NCBI GenBank assembly: GCA_023231475.1
Contig: JALJEE010002534.1
Span: 1 to 64,000 of the forward strand
From: Seison nebaliae
Lineage: Eukaryota
Length of the DNA stretch: 64,000 bases
Direction of reading: 5' to 3'
Every line of letters begins with the position of its first letter. Position 1 is the first letter of the stretch. Below are positions 12,484 to 26,728 of this stretch, piece after piece. The notes beneath the pieces were generated by a model, which had not been told where the DNA came from, made no database searches, and saw only the letters and a program-made list of their open reading frames with translations. A program made the translations under genes and the position numbers.

Positions 12484-13604
12484 ATGGAAAATAAGAATGA
12501 GGAGGAAATGTCGAAAGCGTTTTATGAGAAAGTTCTCACGTTGCCCATCAGTGCATATGGATATCCTGTGGAGAAGTTTCGGGATCTGGTTGTCTTCCGT
12601 TCGTATATATAACATTAGATTTCTAGTTACTCATATTCTTCCAGCTAATATCGGGTACAAATGGGAAACGATACTGTCTGATATAGAGAACAAATGGATA
12701 CCTCGGGAAGAGGATGTTTGGGTTATCACATATCCCAAATGTGGACATACTTGGTCGTTTGATTTTCTTAGTATGTTAATTAGTGGCGAAACTAAACCGA
12801 AAGAGACAAGTAAAATCGCAAATTTCATTGAACTGCGACAAGAAAATTTTGACCGACTACACGAACAGAAAGGTCCACGATTAATAATGGTTCGCCTTTT
12901 TCTTTTTCAATTTATTTTTTTACATTATCAGACTCATATACTACCAAGTTGGATTCCAGATAAAATAAAAGAAACTAGTAAACTAATTTGTATTTTTCGA
13001 AATCCGTTCGATGTGGTCATCTCCTATTTTCATCATATATCCACTGTCAATTTGATATCGTTGGCACCGAAAAATTTCCATAATCAACTCCACAAGAAAT
13101 TCGCTAAGGAAATCGATTTAAAATTGTTCGTCGACGGTTTCTGCAACGGAAACATTCCAATTGGTCGATATGATCACTATATCAATCAATGTATGGAAAT
13201 GATTGAGAAATTCTCAGGTCATTATTTCACTTTTGAAGACATGAAAACGAATGGTGTAACAGAATTGGAGAGGATTGATAAATATCTTCAACTTAAAAAG
13301 TTCATTTTATATTTGAAATATTGTCAAACGGTTTCTTACTGTTAGTTCTAAGAAATTTTTGGAGAACGTCCAAAAAGCGACAAGTTTCGATTCGATAAAA
13401 GATTCGATTCGAAAGAGATTACAGGCCGACATGACCAACTTCACTAAGAGAGATGATGACGGTATTAAAGTTCTTTGTCGAAAAGGTCAAATTGGAAATG
13501 GTAAATTAGAATTGTCGATCGAACAACGTCAATTGATCAAAGAGACAGTACTGAAAGGAATTGCGAACGAACAATTGAAAAAGAAGTTTTCACAATACTA
13601 TTAG
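12484..13604 (+). CDS. Cytosolic sulfotransferase (SULT1-like), 3 introns
   Basis: PREEDVWVITYPKCGHTW (5'-PSB), PRLIM|THIL, RNPFDVVISYFH (3'-PB) and RKGQIGNGK. Confidence 0.9.
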
Positions 13605-14559
13605 AAATAAATCTACTTCACATACGTGAATCTAATTATAAACCGTTCAAAAACCATAATGAGTTTCACGCGAAAACAGTGTTGAAGAAAAGAATTGGGA
13701 ATTTTAATAAATTAATATTAAGAAATAATTAATTTTTAAATTTCAATCTTCATTTCAAAGAGAAGATGGAAAGTTAAACTTCCTTAAACCCTTTGAAATA
13801 AACCATTACGCTTAGAAGCATAACGAAAATGACGATTGATAGAACCATGGTGAGTTTATTGAAAAATAATTGTACTTTCATTGTTAGCAGATGGCCGATT
13901 TGATGCATAGACGAAATATAAGTAATAATAGCCATGAGAAGTAGTATAAAGATGATGAATCCAATCAATACGGGCATCAAAACTGGAAATTGAACTTCCT
14001 TATAAATCAAGAAAAGACTTTGTTTCATGAAAAGGAAAGTGACGAGTAGCAACTTGATAAGGAAGATATGTATGATAGTACTTTTAATGTGTGTATACTC
14101 GAAACATCGAGCCCATATGATGTTGTTCTCTAACGTGTTCTACATACAAGTACAAGAAACATTGATACAGTTCGAAAATGGATGAAGGAAACGGTAAACT
14201 TTAGAGTAAGCCTCTCTCGAATCCGCATAATTCTGTCGTCTTATAAAGGAACCGTCTCTATCGAAAACTGTATCGTAACTTCCTTGCTGCATAGCACGAA
14301 CTGATAACAGTCTTCTAATAATATGATAACGGAAGAAAAGTGTTGAATGAATTGTTTTTCAAACAACTTCCTCAACAATACTTCATCGTGTCAATAATGT
14401 AAAAGGAAAGCTCGCGAATTTTCAACATTTCTCAATTCTATCTCTAGCAAGACTCTATTACTCTTTTTCATTAATCAATAATAATAAGTTATAATTAATA
14501 ACTTTTTCATTCGTCATGAAAGTGAAATTATATAAATAATAAAACGGAAATCTCTAAAA

Positions 14560-16507
14560 TCAACCAATTTTTATTCGAACGTCAAGTATTGAACGATTGT
14601 GATAAATTAAATTTTCGTTGCAATATTTCTCAATTGGACGACTGGAATTGTGAGAATATTTAATATCCTCATTTTTCAAATCGATTCCGCCCAATTCGTT
14701 TTCCATTAACAAATTAAACTTTTCTTTACTGAGATGATCTCTCATCATTTCCAAACTGAAAAATGTGTTGTTTCGTTTGAGTTGTTTCGTCTTCGCTTGT
14801 AACATCGACAATTTTTTGTAACAATTGGAATTTGTTGAAGGAGTTCGAAGCAACTCTAAACTATTATTAACGAAAGGAAAAATGGAGTGGAAATTTGAAC
14901 ACGGTTTCGTTATCGGAAGAAAAAACATCTTCCTTTCATGTCGGTTTTTAGGACTGAAACATGTGGAGAATATGTCAATAATCTGTTGACTACTTTTACA
15001 CATAACCAAAGCGAGAACCGGATCATTGGGTGTAGGTAGCCACAACGGCCCAAATGGTCGATGAACTATCGGATGTAAAATGTTCTTGTGGAACCGTCCA
15101 GGATTACCAGCCGAATGTGAACATTCGCCTTCGAAGTTCACCAAATAATAATCGGGATTTAAGTCATCCGGATAACCGATCCACAAATCGATGGTGGGAT
15201 ATGAGAAATAATTTTTGATAAAGAAACCTCTCATGTATTTTAGAGATAGAACCGGCTCCAAAATTGAAGGTTTGAATGAGATTTTCAATTGTGTGTAAAG
15301 ATAAATGAAATTTTTTGTGGTTCTTTGGGGATATTTGATGTGTAGAAATCCGTCGTCTAATAAACGTTTCTCTTCTTCGAGGAACGTGCGTTTCGTTGTG
15401 TTGTCCAGCAACGCCCCAATTTCTGACCATTTATCATATAACCATGGTGTTGTTTCGTAGTAGGAACTAATTTGATTTCCACTGAAACGTACTTTTCTAC
15501 CTGAATTCCAAATTCGAATTTAATATTAACAGAATTATTTAAATTAATATTAAGTATTTAATTAAATATTTTTAATATTATAAATTAATAAAAATATTAA
15601 ATTAAATATTATTATATTAATTATTATATATATAATAATTTACGCTTTACCCTATGGGGATTCCGCGTCTTAATAAAAAAAAAACATAATATATTATATA
15701 ATAATATTAATTAATATTTTTAAGATGATAAATTAATTACATTTAACCTGGTTGTACGTCGATCATACCCAATTGCATTAATTCGATGAGAGCTGCCACC
15801 AGATGATAGGGTCGATCATTAATTACCATTATATCGACATCATCGTCCCAGGGAATCATGTCATGATGTCGAAGTGAACCGATCAAAGTACCTTGATATA
15901 AGACATGTGTCAAACCATATTTCGTCAGAACTGATGATAACGCTTGCGTGAGAGAGATATAGAGATTGTAGTGTATCGGTAACATTCCATGATCCAGAAA
16001 CATGGCGTTCTTCTCGTCTTCAGGTAGACTGTTTATATCAAATTTCATTTGGAATTTAATCTTTTTGAAAACGGCATTAGAAAGTGTATCGTCCCTATCG
16101 TAACGGCCATATTTCCAACCTCTTTCATCGCTGTACTCATAATGAATTAAGGGATAAGATGTATAACCATGTTGTTCGAATGTGTTGTACGATACGACGG
16201 CTTCTTTCCTCCCATAACAATGTGAATAGACCTTCGATAAATATTTATTAAGAGCAACTGCTCTCTCAGTCACCGATACGATTGACGAGAAATCCACTCC
16301 TCTCCGAATCGGATCTCCCAACAACCTTCTCAATCTGAATTGATTGACCGTATTCTCCAGAGGCAACAAACCAGACACCAGGTCCAAATTCGTCACATAG
16401 AGACACGATTCTCCAATTCCAGACGATGCACTTCTCTGATATCGGAGGAAAACGACAAGCACAATAAATAGTCCAATCAAGCAACAATAGAATCTGTTCG
16501 TTTTCAT
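14560..16507 (-). CDS. LicD/fukutin-related (FKRP-like) phosphotransferase, type II membrane protein; one intron 15501-15747
   Basis: N-terminal TM anchor, GTLIGSLRHHDMIPWDDDVDI LicD motif, YPTIDLW and RPFGPLWLPTPNDP. Confidence 0.85.
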
Positions 16508-17229
16508 TAAATTAGGGGGAAGCACTTCAACTCTCACCAAAGTCAACAGTAAAATTTATATCTAACAAATTAATCAACTTTGAATTATTTTTTATTCACA
16601 TCTATTGTACAAAATAAGATATACTATTACGTAATAGCGATTAAGGAGAAGTTAACGAAACAGAGCTGTTCTTTTCCAAATTTCTCCTTTCTCTACATTT
16701 TTCATTTTGTAAAAATTGTTGGAAAATGAATAGCTGCCTTTCTTCATCGTTGAATTTCTCATCGTGAACATTTTGTGATATTTCGCTTAATAATTATTAA
16801 GCGTTATCGGGATATTTTGTGATCTGTTAATTTGATAATAATAACTTAAGTTATCATTTTTACTCGAACGTAACTCGATTTAGTCGATTTATATGGAATA
16901 AGTATAAATCCAACAATACAATATCAATACTATAAAAATCGCAGAAGTTTCAATGGAATTGATAAATTTTTAGAATTAATAATAATACGTTAATATTTCT
17001 TCCCGGTACGGTTAATGAAGGGTTAATTTCTGGGGGATGATGATATGACATATGATGTACATACACGATTATCATTGATTAATGATTTTCAATTATTCTT
17101 TTTGACGATTTATCTTTTACATGCATTTTAATTTAAAACTAAAAATAAAATAACTAAAACTTTTATGACTTTTATACCAGCGATGGAGATATGAAATGGT
17201 TTACTCCGTTGTCCTTTCAATAAACGAAA

Positions 17230-17790
17230 TAATTCTAGTAACATTCACTTTATTTCTTTTAACACTCATGGCTCAACTAGTCTCCGTTCTTCCATTTCTT
17301 CTTTCAACAACTATGACATCATTTTCTGTCAAGAGACAGTCGAGTTGACCGACCACTTCATCTACTGTACATTATTCTCCATTATCCCGACGGGAATTAT
17401 CGAACAGAGGTGTTTCCATCAATCCGTCCAAGTGTTGTCTGTTATCAACCGGTTCACGTTCTTTCTCGACTATTCCTCTCAAAGCCTCAACCATCTTTCT
17501 TGGTTCAACCATCGATCTCCGAGGTCTTTCATCAAACGTGTTAGATCATATTCCTCACAAATTATTCAAATCATTCTTCTCTTTCTCTTCCAAAACGAAA
17601 TTCACTCCTCTTAAATTACGTTTGCAGCTTTTCAGGAGTTTCGTTAAGAAAATTGATATGTTATTTTCACAGATGCAACCGCAACAGTCGGTCTTCTTCC
17701 CCTACCCATTCCCTTTTCTGGTCGAATCTTTACTCTTATCGACAAAATCGGGAATCATTCGCGGAATTACTCCGATTGATCAACACTAAC
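17230..17790 (+). mobile_element. Degenerate LINE APE-endonuclease remnant
   Basis: Translation gives ISFNTHG...NYDIIFCQET (APE motifs I/II), followed by broken frames. Confidence 0.5.
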
Positions 17791-19390
17791 GAGGATCGAA
17801 ATTTTGTACATTTTTTTCTACCTTATTATTATATATATCATATTATTATTATTATAAAATCAGATCCCCTGGTGATAAATTAAAAAGAAAATAAGATATC
17901 TGGTGGTACACATTATCATTAATAAGTTATCTTTCAATATCGAAATTGGAGGTAATAAGAAGAGCTTCATCTAACAAGAATAAGATTGTTCCTTATAATT
18001 TGGTCGAAACGGATTATAAACTTTTTTACATAAAGATATATATTAATAAACGTATACGATGGAGACGATAATTCCTATTCTTTAATAGAAAGAATTATAT
18101 TATATTCAAATATATCGTTGAAGAATAAGCAGAAGAAAAGGTTTATTACTTTTCCTTATATACTAATTGGACTTTTCCCCACCTTATCACCGTTTTACTC
18201 CTAATTGAGCAAAATTAGATGAGAAAAATAATTATTATTATTTTGTCGTATTAGTGTCGATTAGATGACGAATCATAAGAGACAATGAACTGTTTGAAAA
18301 CACTGACTTGTGAGGGAAATATTACACGATAGACCATAATATCTCCCGGTGTACGAAAGAATTGAGTGAGTCGGAAATGGGTAGATGGTAATGGGGAGTA
18401 GGAGAAGTAGGTTTAGGTTAATATCCTATCAGATGCGGTAATTTTGTCGAATAAGGAAAAACGACGACATATGAGAATGGGAAATCTTTACTGAAGCGAA
18501 GAGAAGAGAACGGTTGCATCTATGAAAAAACGAATCTAGAATGTGTAAAATTTATAGTATTACGTATATAAATATTTATACTTTTCTTATTGTGACAAGA
18601 GAACATTGAAAGTAAAAATAGAGATAGAAAGATAGGGCCGAGTGTAGTGTAGTGGTCTACGTTCACAACATAACAACAATTGAGACAGACGTCTCATGAA
18701 AGTAATCTCCTATCACTGAGCGTAAGGAATGAGATCGCTCAAACAATATTCAATTGCCCGCATTGGGATTTCAAGAATAAAAATTAAAAAAACAAGAAAA
18801 GTTACTCGTATTAGATATTATTATTACTCAGAGACCCTGTAAGCATTTGAACGTCTTGAGAACGTTTTTTTGATGTATATAAAGGTTAAAAAAACGTTCA
18901 AATCCCAATAGGGGATATTACTCATCATATTAAATATATTTATATAACGTTGATGACTTTTTTATTTATTTGTTGGATTATACCGATGTTCTATTGCTTC
19001 TCAAATGTAATTATCTAATATCATGTCATCTTTCTTTCTTTTCATTGAACGACGAGAGAAATGAAACCAACGAAAGTTTGAGAATGTTTAGCATCTTCTC
19101 CGAATTCTCAATGAACGAATTAGTAACGTTCGACCTCGAATCTTCTTCTTCATTGGACGTTCCATCATACGTCATAAATTATCAGAATTTTTTATGTTTT
19201 TTTCAATGAATTCATAAAAAACAATTTTGACGTAACGTCCCTTAATATTTTACCTCGATGATTCTTTTGATTGAGTTGATGAAGTAGTAAAATATTTTAT
19301 TTAAGCAAAATCAAATAAATTAGATATTTATGGTAAAGATTCTTTAATTATTTACCGTTCGTATAATATCGCCATCATATTCATAGTAAA

Positions 19391-22300
19391 TTAGGTGGCA
19401 TAATCTGATAAATGAGTGGCATGATTCTTTAGATAATTCAATGTTTGTTTCGTCATTTCTTCAGTTAAGCCTTTTGTCTTCATCAATTCTTTCATTTTCG
19501 ATATGTAATTGGGGGAAATCTTTTAAACAAAAATCATAATCGATTTCGATGGAATCAATATTCAAACTTGCAAATCATCATCGATGAGATTTCGAACATA
19601 GTTTTCTGCCGATGTCTCTTCTTCGATTTCTGATTTCATAATATTTCTAATCGTTAATCTCAATTGATCGAATCTAAAATTTTGAATTTATTTCAATTTG
19701 ATAACATGAAAAAATTAACCGATCGTAATAGAAGACGGTGGCCCAAGGTTCTGTGAAGAATTGGAAGAAATCGTCGATTAGACCGTCGTTAAATCTCGTA
19801 GCTAAATTATTCAACAATCTCACATGAAGCCCATACAATTTGATATATGATTGCCATTTGATCGGCTAAAAAGAAAATTCGTAAGAAATTTTAAAATTTG
19901 TTTGAAAAAATAAAAAAAAACTTTATTAGAGACACAGATGATTTGTTTGATCTTGTTAAATCGTGAGCAGATAATGGAAAAATATTCGCCATTCTTATTC
20001 GTCAAATAAGTTCTGTCGTTGGAATTCTTTGCACGATTCCTCTCCAAATGCCACGCCGCCGGTCTCATACTGAACACATAACGACTGTCGCAAATGAGAG
20101 TTTGATAGTAGACGGGTTGTTTATAATCCGGCAATAATTTCTCTTTCGATTTATCGTCTTCATAACTAGTAAGATTAGGATCGAATAAACGTAACATACA
20201 ATTCGCAATCTAAAAGGAGAAAGTTAAAAGAAATGGAATGGGAAAAAAAGAGAGAGAGAAGTCAACATGTTCTCCCACTTCCACGGGATTGTATGAAGCG
20301 TGTGTATTATAATTGTCGTGATATGTCCGACCATATTTCGTCAACGGTCCAGCAGCTCTTATCGACGGATCATTTGTATGAAATTCTGAATCGATAACTA
20401 AACGACCGTCATAAACTAAAGCGGCTTCATTGACAGCTCGAAATAAATGATAATCTGGCATCATCTTACTAAACGAGATAATGGCCTCAACATCGAACTG
20501 ATGAATATTGGGCAATTCGCCCACATTAATCGTTCCCGCTTCAGCCGTATCATTTTGACCATAAACCTTCACCGTTCGTATGGTATCGCCATCACGCCAA
20601 TATCCACCATTCCATTCATAGAACATGAATTGACCGAGTACTTTCACTCCATGTTTTTCTAAATAATCGAAAATCTCATTCTCGACCATCTCACACGGAA
20701 AATGTTGTTGTTCGAAAATTTCGTTAAACGGTAAATTTGTATTAATTTTCGGAATGACCCAAACGATCTGTTTTCCTGGTATGCCCATATCGATGAGACA
20801 TTGAATACAACTCACAACATCCAAATTATAACCGAATCCATAAATGAGGAAAATTTTCGTGAATGATGACGATTCCTGAGTCTCATCATCAATGACGGAC
20901 ATTGTTCGTTGTTGAATGAAATAAATGAGAGATTCGATCGCTTTCATATCATTTAAACAGAAATAATTTGAAATTTTCTGTCGATACGTACTTCGAGGAA
21001 GACGATCCAAAGCCAATGTTGACGGATAATCAACTTCGTATTGAATTCCTGTACCAAGAATTAGATGATCATATGGAACGATCGATTTGTCATTAACGAT
21101 GACTTGTTTCCGTTTTCTATCGATAATCGTCACTATTCCCTCAATCACATTAATCGCGCTAGCTAATGACATTCGCTCCATCATCCGATCCGTCAAATAT
21201 CGACGACTACCCAAAATTTTGTGGACGATGGAATCGGTCGATATTTCAATACCGTTTCGACTGATCAATATCAAATTGTTGAAACGAAGATGAGCAGTGA
21301 AAACTAATTTACGAATTAATGTCAGAATCGTATCAGACGCTCCCACACAAACGATACGGATGTTGATGACGAGTTTTCGTTCTAAGAGTAATTTTTTATT
21401 CAAATGAAAAACGGTAAAATTCTCATGAAGTAATTCGTCTCGATCGATCTTCTCTGTCGTGACACTGGGCACTTCGTGAATTCTTTCGTGCAACGCCACC
21501 ATCGATGGTAGACAATTGACCATTTTGATGGCGAACAATGATTGTTGGGAGATTTGTGGTTTAAATTTGGTGTGTGGAACGAATTGCATTTCTGAAATTT
21601 CAGTCTCATTTTCCGTTATTGGTTGAGTGTCGATATAAACCGATTTGTTATTCGTTCTTCGATTCACACACAAATAGAGACAGGAGATATTTGACATTTG
21701 CATCATTTGTTGGAGGAACATTTTACTCATATTATTCAATGATGGTGCTATGATAAAATAGAGAATGATGGCATGTTCCGCCGCCCGATCATAAGTCTCA
21801 TAATAAATGAAATCATCTAAATTGTAATTGGAACGAATGAATTCCAATTGTTCCACATCACCAGTTCGTAATAGACAAATGCCGATGACGTACGAACCGA
21901 GATAGAAAGCGTAAGCGTGTAACTTAAAACCTGCATGCTGGTGAAATGTCAAATAATGTTTTAAGTCGTATTCGACGGCTTCCCAATTGTGCAATTCGCG
22001 TCTAACGAAAGCTGAAATATTCTCCATGTCATCATACGTGATTTGAGCACAACGGAAATTCTCGTACATGAGAGAGAGACGATGGAAAACGTACAATTCT
22101 TGATCTAAAATCTGATTTGGTAATGGAGTAGTTCGAATGAAATTCCTGATTAACGGAAATTCGGGCACTGTATGTGGAATCGAAATAATCGCATAATCAT
22201 AATCTTCATATTTTTCGAAAATCGCTCCGAGAAAATCAACGGAACGATGTTCGTATTTCTCGTCGATCACAAACATATTGATCACGACACCATTCACTCC

Positions 22301-23488
22301 ATTCGCGTACATTTCTTCTTTCGTCGATTCTTTATCGATGATCGGATTATCTTTATCATGAATTATATCTTCCGTATTATCTCCCACTATTTCGGAGGGA
22401 GCGGTCGATGGTACCACAGACGATTCCGTCGATGGTAGAGCCGAATTCGACATCAGATTATCTACGGACGGTTCACGTGACTGAATCGGCGCTAAAGCCA
22501 CCGACTCCACCATATCCAAATTCGACAAATTGGGCAACATATTTTGAGAAGTTTTCGCCGTTTGACTCATACTAATCAGATCCAACATCGTTCCTTCCTC
22601 GTGCGACGCTTGACGACTCAAACCTGAGGCATTTGTTTGAACTTCCGCAATTTTCACTTCGGCATTTCCACCAACGTCAGACGTTTGTGAGGGACATATT
22701 GAACGTCTTATTGTTCCCATTTTAAAATAATCGAATGGCGCAATTTCAAATGTATTCGTTAATAATTCAACATTCAAATCCGTAGTCAATCCAACAAATC
22801 CCATCGCCACACCATCAACATCAGCCACGTAACATGACGAACCGTTGTCTTGTTGAGAGATCGTCTCCGCCAGGAAATAATCACCGTATGCCATCCTCAA
22901 CGTTTCGGTGTGTCGATTGAATAACGGTGTGAGATCATCAGTATCCTGAATTTTAGCACGACGAATTTTCAAGCGTGGAAGGACATCTTTTCGTTGAATA
23001 CTTAAAATTTTAATTGTCTCACTTTGAGTGAGTAGTTGGAAAGGAACACATTTGACGGTTTGGGCGGAAAGTGGCAAAGTCATCAATAAATTATCCATTT
23101 CCGGCAACGCATGTAACAACGACGCAGCAATCAAATTGAGAATTCGTTTCCGGTCTTTTTCGTACGACTCATCTCTCAACACGAAAAAGACAAGATGAAG
23201 CGAATTCCAACAATTGACACGTAAATCTGACGTGATTATCGATTTCCAATTTGAACGCATCGTAAACCGTTTGGAGAGATTGGACGGGAAATCGTCAATC
23301 GCAGCAAACGCCACCAATTTATTATTAGCACTACATAACGCTAAAGTTGTCAACGAATTCTCAATGATGGTGATGGGTCGACGAAAACCGAAAATTGTGG
23401 TGTCGATCTCAAAACCGTTCGTCAACTCATCAGCATCCGACGATTCGCCTTGTCGTATGAAATAGTTGGATGACGTTGGATTTTCCAT
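19391..23488 (-). CDS. CFAP61: Cilia- and flagella-associated protein 61; introns 20210-20266, 19866-19921, 19674-19719, 19520-19567
   Basis: DTDDLTPLF..YGDYFLAE, RIVCVGASD, VPYDHLILGTG, LVYDGRLVIDSEFHTNDPSIRAAGPLTKY. Confidence 0.93.
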
Positions 23489-23615
23489 CAGTTATGATTT
23501 CTATCAAATTATGATATTCATGCATTCAATTCACCAAAGTTACAAGGTAAAAAAATATTCTTTATTCATGTGAGAAAATGAAAAAAATTTATTGAAAGTC
23601 TTTTAAATCTTAAGC

Positions 23616-24093
23616 TTATTTAGCTTTCTGTGTTTTCATTTGCATTTCAGAGAATTCCTTTTGAATAGTCGTGATATTTTCATCAATCTCCTTCTTTTTC
23701 GACAGTTCGTCTTCGAGTAAACTTTCTACTCTTTTTCTACAACATTTCATCATTAGATGAGGAAATTATTAATAAAAAAAAATAACATTTCCCCATTAAT
23801 ATATCGGAGACGAGTTTCAATTATATCTACCGCTTCTTTAAGTTCATGTTTAAACATGACTGGACCAGTCATTTTATAGACGATGTCCTTATCGTCACAC
23901 AATTTCAATTCCTTCAACAAAAATTGATAAGGAAATAATTTTTGGACATGAATTAAACTTCCAAAACAGCATCATTCTCAATCGCCTGACCCTCCAACTG
24001 TTGTTGTTTCTCACTGAAATTTTGAATTTTCTTCAACAATTCCTTTCGTTTCGCCATCTCATCTTCCATGCGCTTAAGATAATTCGACTCCAT
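23616..24093 (-). CDS. PFDN6: Prefoldin subunit 6 (missing from the ORF track); introns 23912-23958, 23737-23786
   Basis: Spliced translation QQLEGQAIENDAVLE|ELKLCDDKDIVYKMTGPVMFKHELKEAVDIIETRLRYINGEI|KRVE. Confidence 0.88.
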
Positions 24094-24486
24094 AATTCGA
24101 CGCACGAATTAAATATGTGAACAATAGTAGAAACAAATCACAACTAAGAATCGAGATAAAAGCTTAAAATTTGAATAAACACATTTTCCTCAAAATTTTT
24201 CTAGTTTTCTACAAATGCCAATTGATTGTCAGACATGAGAAGAAGGCTCATTTTCCATTAGTTTCCTTTATTATTTTTTATTATTTTCTTCACAAATTTC
24301 AAGCAATTATTTTTAAGTAATATTTATGATTTCAATCGACTTCTCATCATCTTTCCTTTATTCTCTTCGAACCTTCGAAACAAATTTCATTTGTGAACCA
24401 TTTCCACGTTTCTCTTCATTCATTTAAATTATCGTCCATTCGATTGTTCATTTTGTACAGATTCGTTTTTTTTTCTTGTTTGATTG

Positions 24487-25518
24487 ATGGAAGAATCGAA
24501 TGGGAAGAAAAGACGATTAGACAATGAACCTGAAGTTAGTGACGACAATACTGATAAATTAGAAAATGTAAATGAATCAGAAAGATTGGAAAGTTTAGAG
24601 AAAGAAAAGAATGAAAATGAAGAAAAGGATTTAGTAGATAAAGAAACGGTTTCAAGAGAAAAAGTGAAAGAAGAGAAAGTGGAAATTGACTGTGGTGAAA
24701 AGGAGGAGAAAGCGGAAGAATGTTTATCGTCGTTTTATAAAGAGGTGCGAAAGGAGCAACAGAAGAAAGTCGAATTGAAAACGTCTCAATCGATTTATTC
24801 GGATGAGAATGAGAAGAAAATGACAGGAATTGAACACATCGAACGTCTCTTACGTCCTGGTTCATCTTACTTCAATTTGAATCCGTACAATGTGTTGCGC
24901 TTAGCGACGAATGCTAGTCTCGAACAGATCTCGAAGAAATATCGTCGATTGGCAGCACTTATTCATCCCGATAAAAACCCGGACGATGTCGATCGAGCTC
25001 AATTGGCATTTGAAGCGATAAATAATGCGCACAAAAAATTGTTGGATACGGAGCAGAGGAAAGTGTGTCTAGATATAATAGCGGAAGCGGAAGATAAATT
25101 GAAACGTCAATTGGAAGAGAAACGGGAACATCATTTCAATGCGAAAATTAAAATGATGAGAGAAGATGACGCGGCGAAATTAAATTTGAAATCGATCGTG
25201 TTAGAAGAAGATGATCCCGAAGTTTTTTCCAAATTACTCTATCGGGAGACGTGTAAATTATTCGCGAAATTGGAACGATTGAGAGTGGCAGAAGAAGCGA
25301 AAAGAGCGAATGAACGAAAACGGAAATTTGAAGAGGAGGAATACAAGAAAATGGTGGAAGAGGAGAAGAAGTTGAATCAAAAACGAATGGAAGAAACGAG
25401 AAATGATCGTCGAACGGAATGGACTCGATTCACCAGACAACAAATGAACAAAAAGAAGAAAAACGGGAATGTGGTAGGCATATTCCGACCACCCACCTTC
25501 CGCGCACAGAGGAAGTGA
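24487..25518 (+). CDS. DNAJC8: DnaJ homolog subfamily C member 8, intronless
   Basis: IERLLRPGSSYFNLNPYNVL, HPDKN J-domain motif, C-terminal FRPP. Confidence 0.93.
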   Translation: MEESNGKKRRLDNEPEVSDDNTDKLENVNESERLESLEKEKNENEEKDLVDKETVSREKVKEEKVEIDCGEKEEKAEECLSSFYKEVRKEQQKKVELKTSQSIYSDENEKKMTGIEHIERLLRPGSSYFNLNPYNVLRLATNASLEQISKKYRRLAALIHPDKNPDDVDRAQLAFEAINNAHKKLLDTEQRKVCLDIIAEAEDKLKRQLEEKREHHFNAKIKMMREDDAAKLNLKSIVLEEDDPEVFSKLLYRETCKLFAKLERLRVAEEAKRANERKRKFEEEEYKKMVEEEKKLNQKRMEETRNDRRTEWTRFTRQQMNKKKKNGNVVGIFRPPTFRAQRK

Positions 25519-25756
25519 CGATGAATAATTCAGTTGCAAAATGAAATATCCGCCTCATATTTTCAAATTTCCGTTAAACGGAAACGTCTCAAACAACATT
25601 TTTCGAGAGGCAGTATATTTATTGTGCAATTGAATCGTTCAAATTTTTGTTAGGGAGGTGAAAGAAATTGAGAAAGAAATAAATGAATTGTGAGAATCAG
25701 TTCACTCGATTTCAGATGGAGTGAAGTGAATTTTATAAATAAATTTTCCTTATCTT

Positions 25757-25770
25757 GTTGCCATGCCAAC
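25757..25770. promoter_or_regulatory. Candidate RFX X-box
   Basis: GTTGCCATGCCAAC closely matches the GTTNCCATGGNAAC consensus. Confidence 0.35.
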
Positions 25771-26728
25771 GATGAATGTTTTTCTGATGCTACATTTTAA
25801 CCGAAGTGAATCCAATCATATCGAATAGATAACAATCAATTGACTCATAGGTCTATTTCGAAAATAGTTTTCTATTATAATTTTCCCAATTTGCCATGCT
25901 TCTATATCCTCACTGACAGTTGATGCCTCAATGAGAAATAATGACAAATTCCAACTCATGCTTGTTAGGGAAGAGAAGAAAGGAGAATTCAACTCCTTAA
26001 CGGATGAATGAGTGGGGAGAGTAGTCGGAGAGGAGAATGATAAGATAATCTGAATTTGAAGGAAGAAATGAATTGATATCATTCTCCACTTCTCTCCCTC
26101 TTTTTATACAAGTGTGATAGGGAGAAGAACAAGAGAATAGGAAATTTTTATTTGTAAAATGGAATTCGAAGGAAATTCTATTTCGAAAGAGAAAGAACAG
26201 CTGTCTATTACATATGCCGACACATGGACCTATCACAACGTGTACATACACAATTCACAATTCACAGCCATTTCACATAAGAGAGTGTCGATCTGTGTCT
26301 TTTCAAAAGACATATAGCCACCGGTCTTCATCCCTATAAAAACAGCTAGTCATTTACTAAAAAACTTTCAACTCAACAATATTTCAATGAACCAAATTAA
26401 GAGATGTAATGAATATCATTTGCATATCATATTCTTTCCTTTCTTTTTTCTTCCCTTCTCTCAACCGTTTACATAATATGTCTTTCGTTAGATCATTATC
26501 ATTCTCAACGCTCAATCATCCGTTGCACTTGACAATTGATCATTCTTTTCATAGTCTCATAAATAAATAATTCATAATTATTATTAATATTTCTCAATTT
26601 TTTACACTTTTCGATACTTCGAATTCACTTTTCAAAAATGAATGTAAGACATGAAGAAAGAATAAATAATTTATTTTTTTTTGCCCAAACAAGAAATCTT
26701 TTCAAAATGCTCTTTGAAATAAAAATCT

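Noticed and set aside
13774..14052. Hydrophobic 92-aa ORF
   Set aside because: Non-ATG start and no motif; probably decayed repeat or intergenic sequence
16784..16803. Perfect 20-bp palindrome cgcttaataattattaagcg
   Set aside because: Mostly AT, isolated, and plausible by chance or slippage in this composition
18636..18680. tRNA-Val-like 5' half (gtagtgtagtggtctacgttc)
   Set aside because: No T-arm or B-box and no acceptor stem downstream
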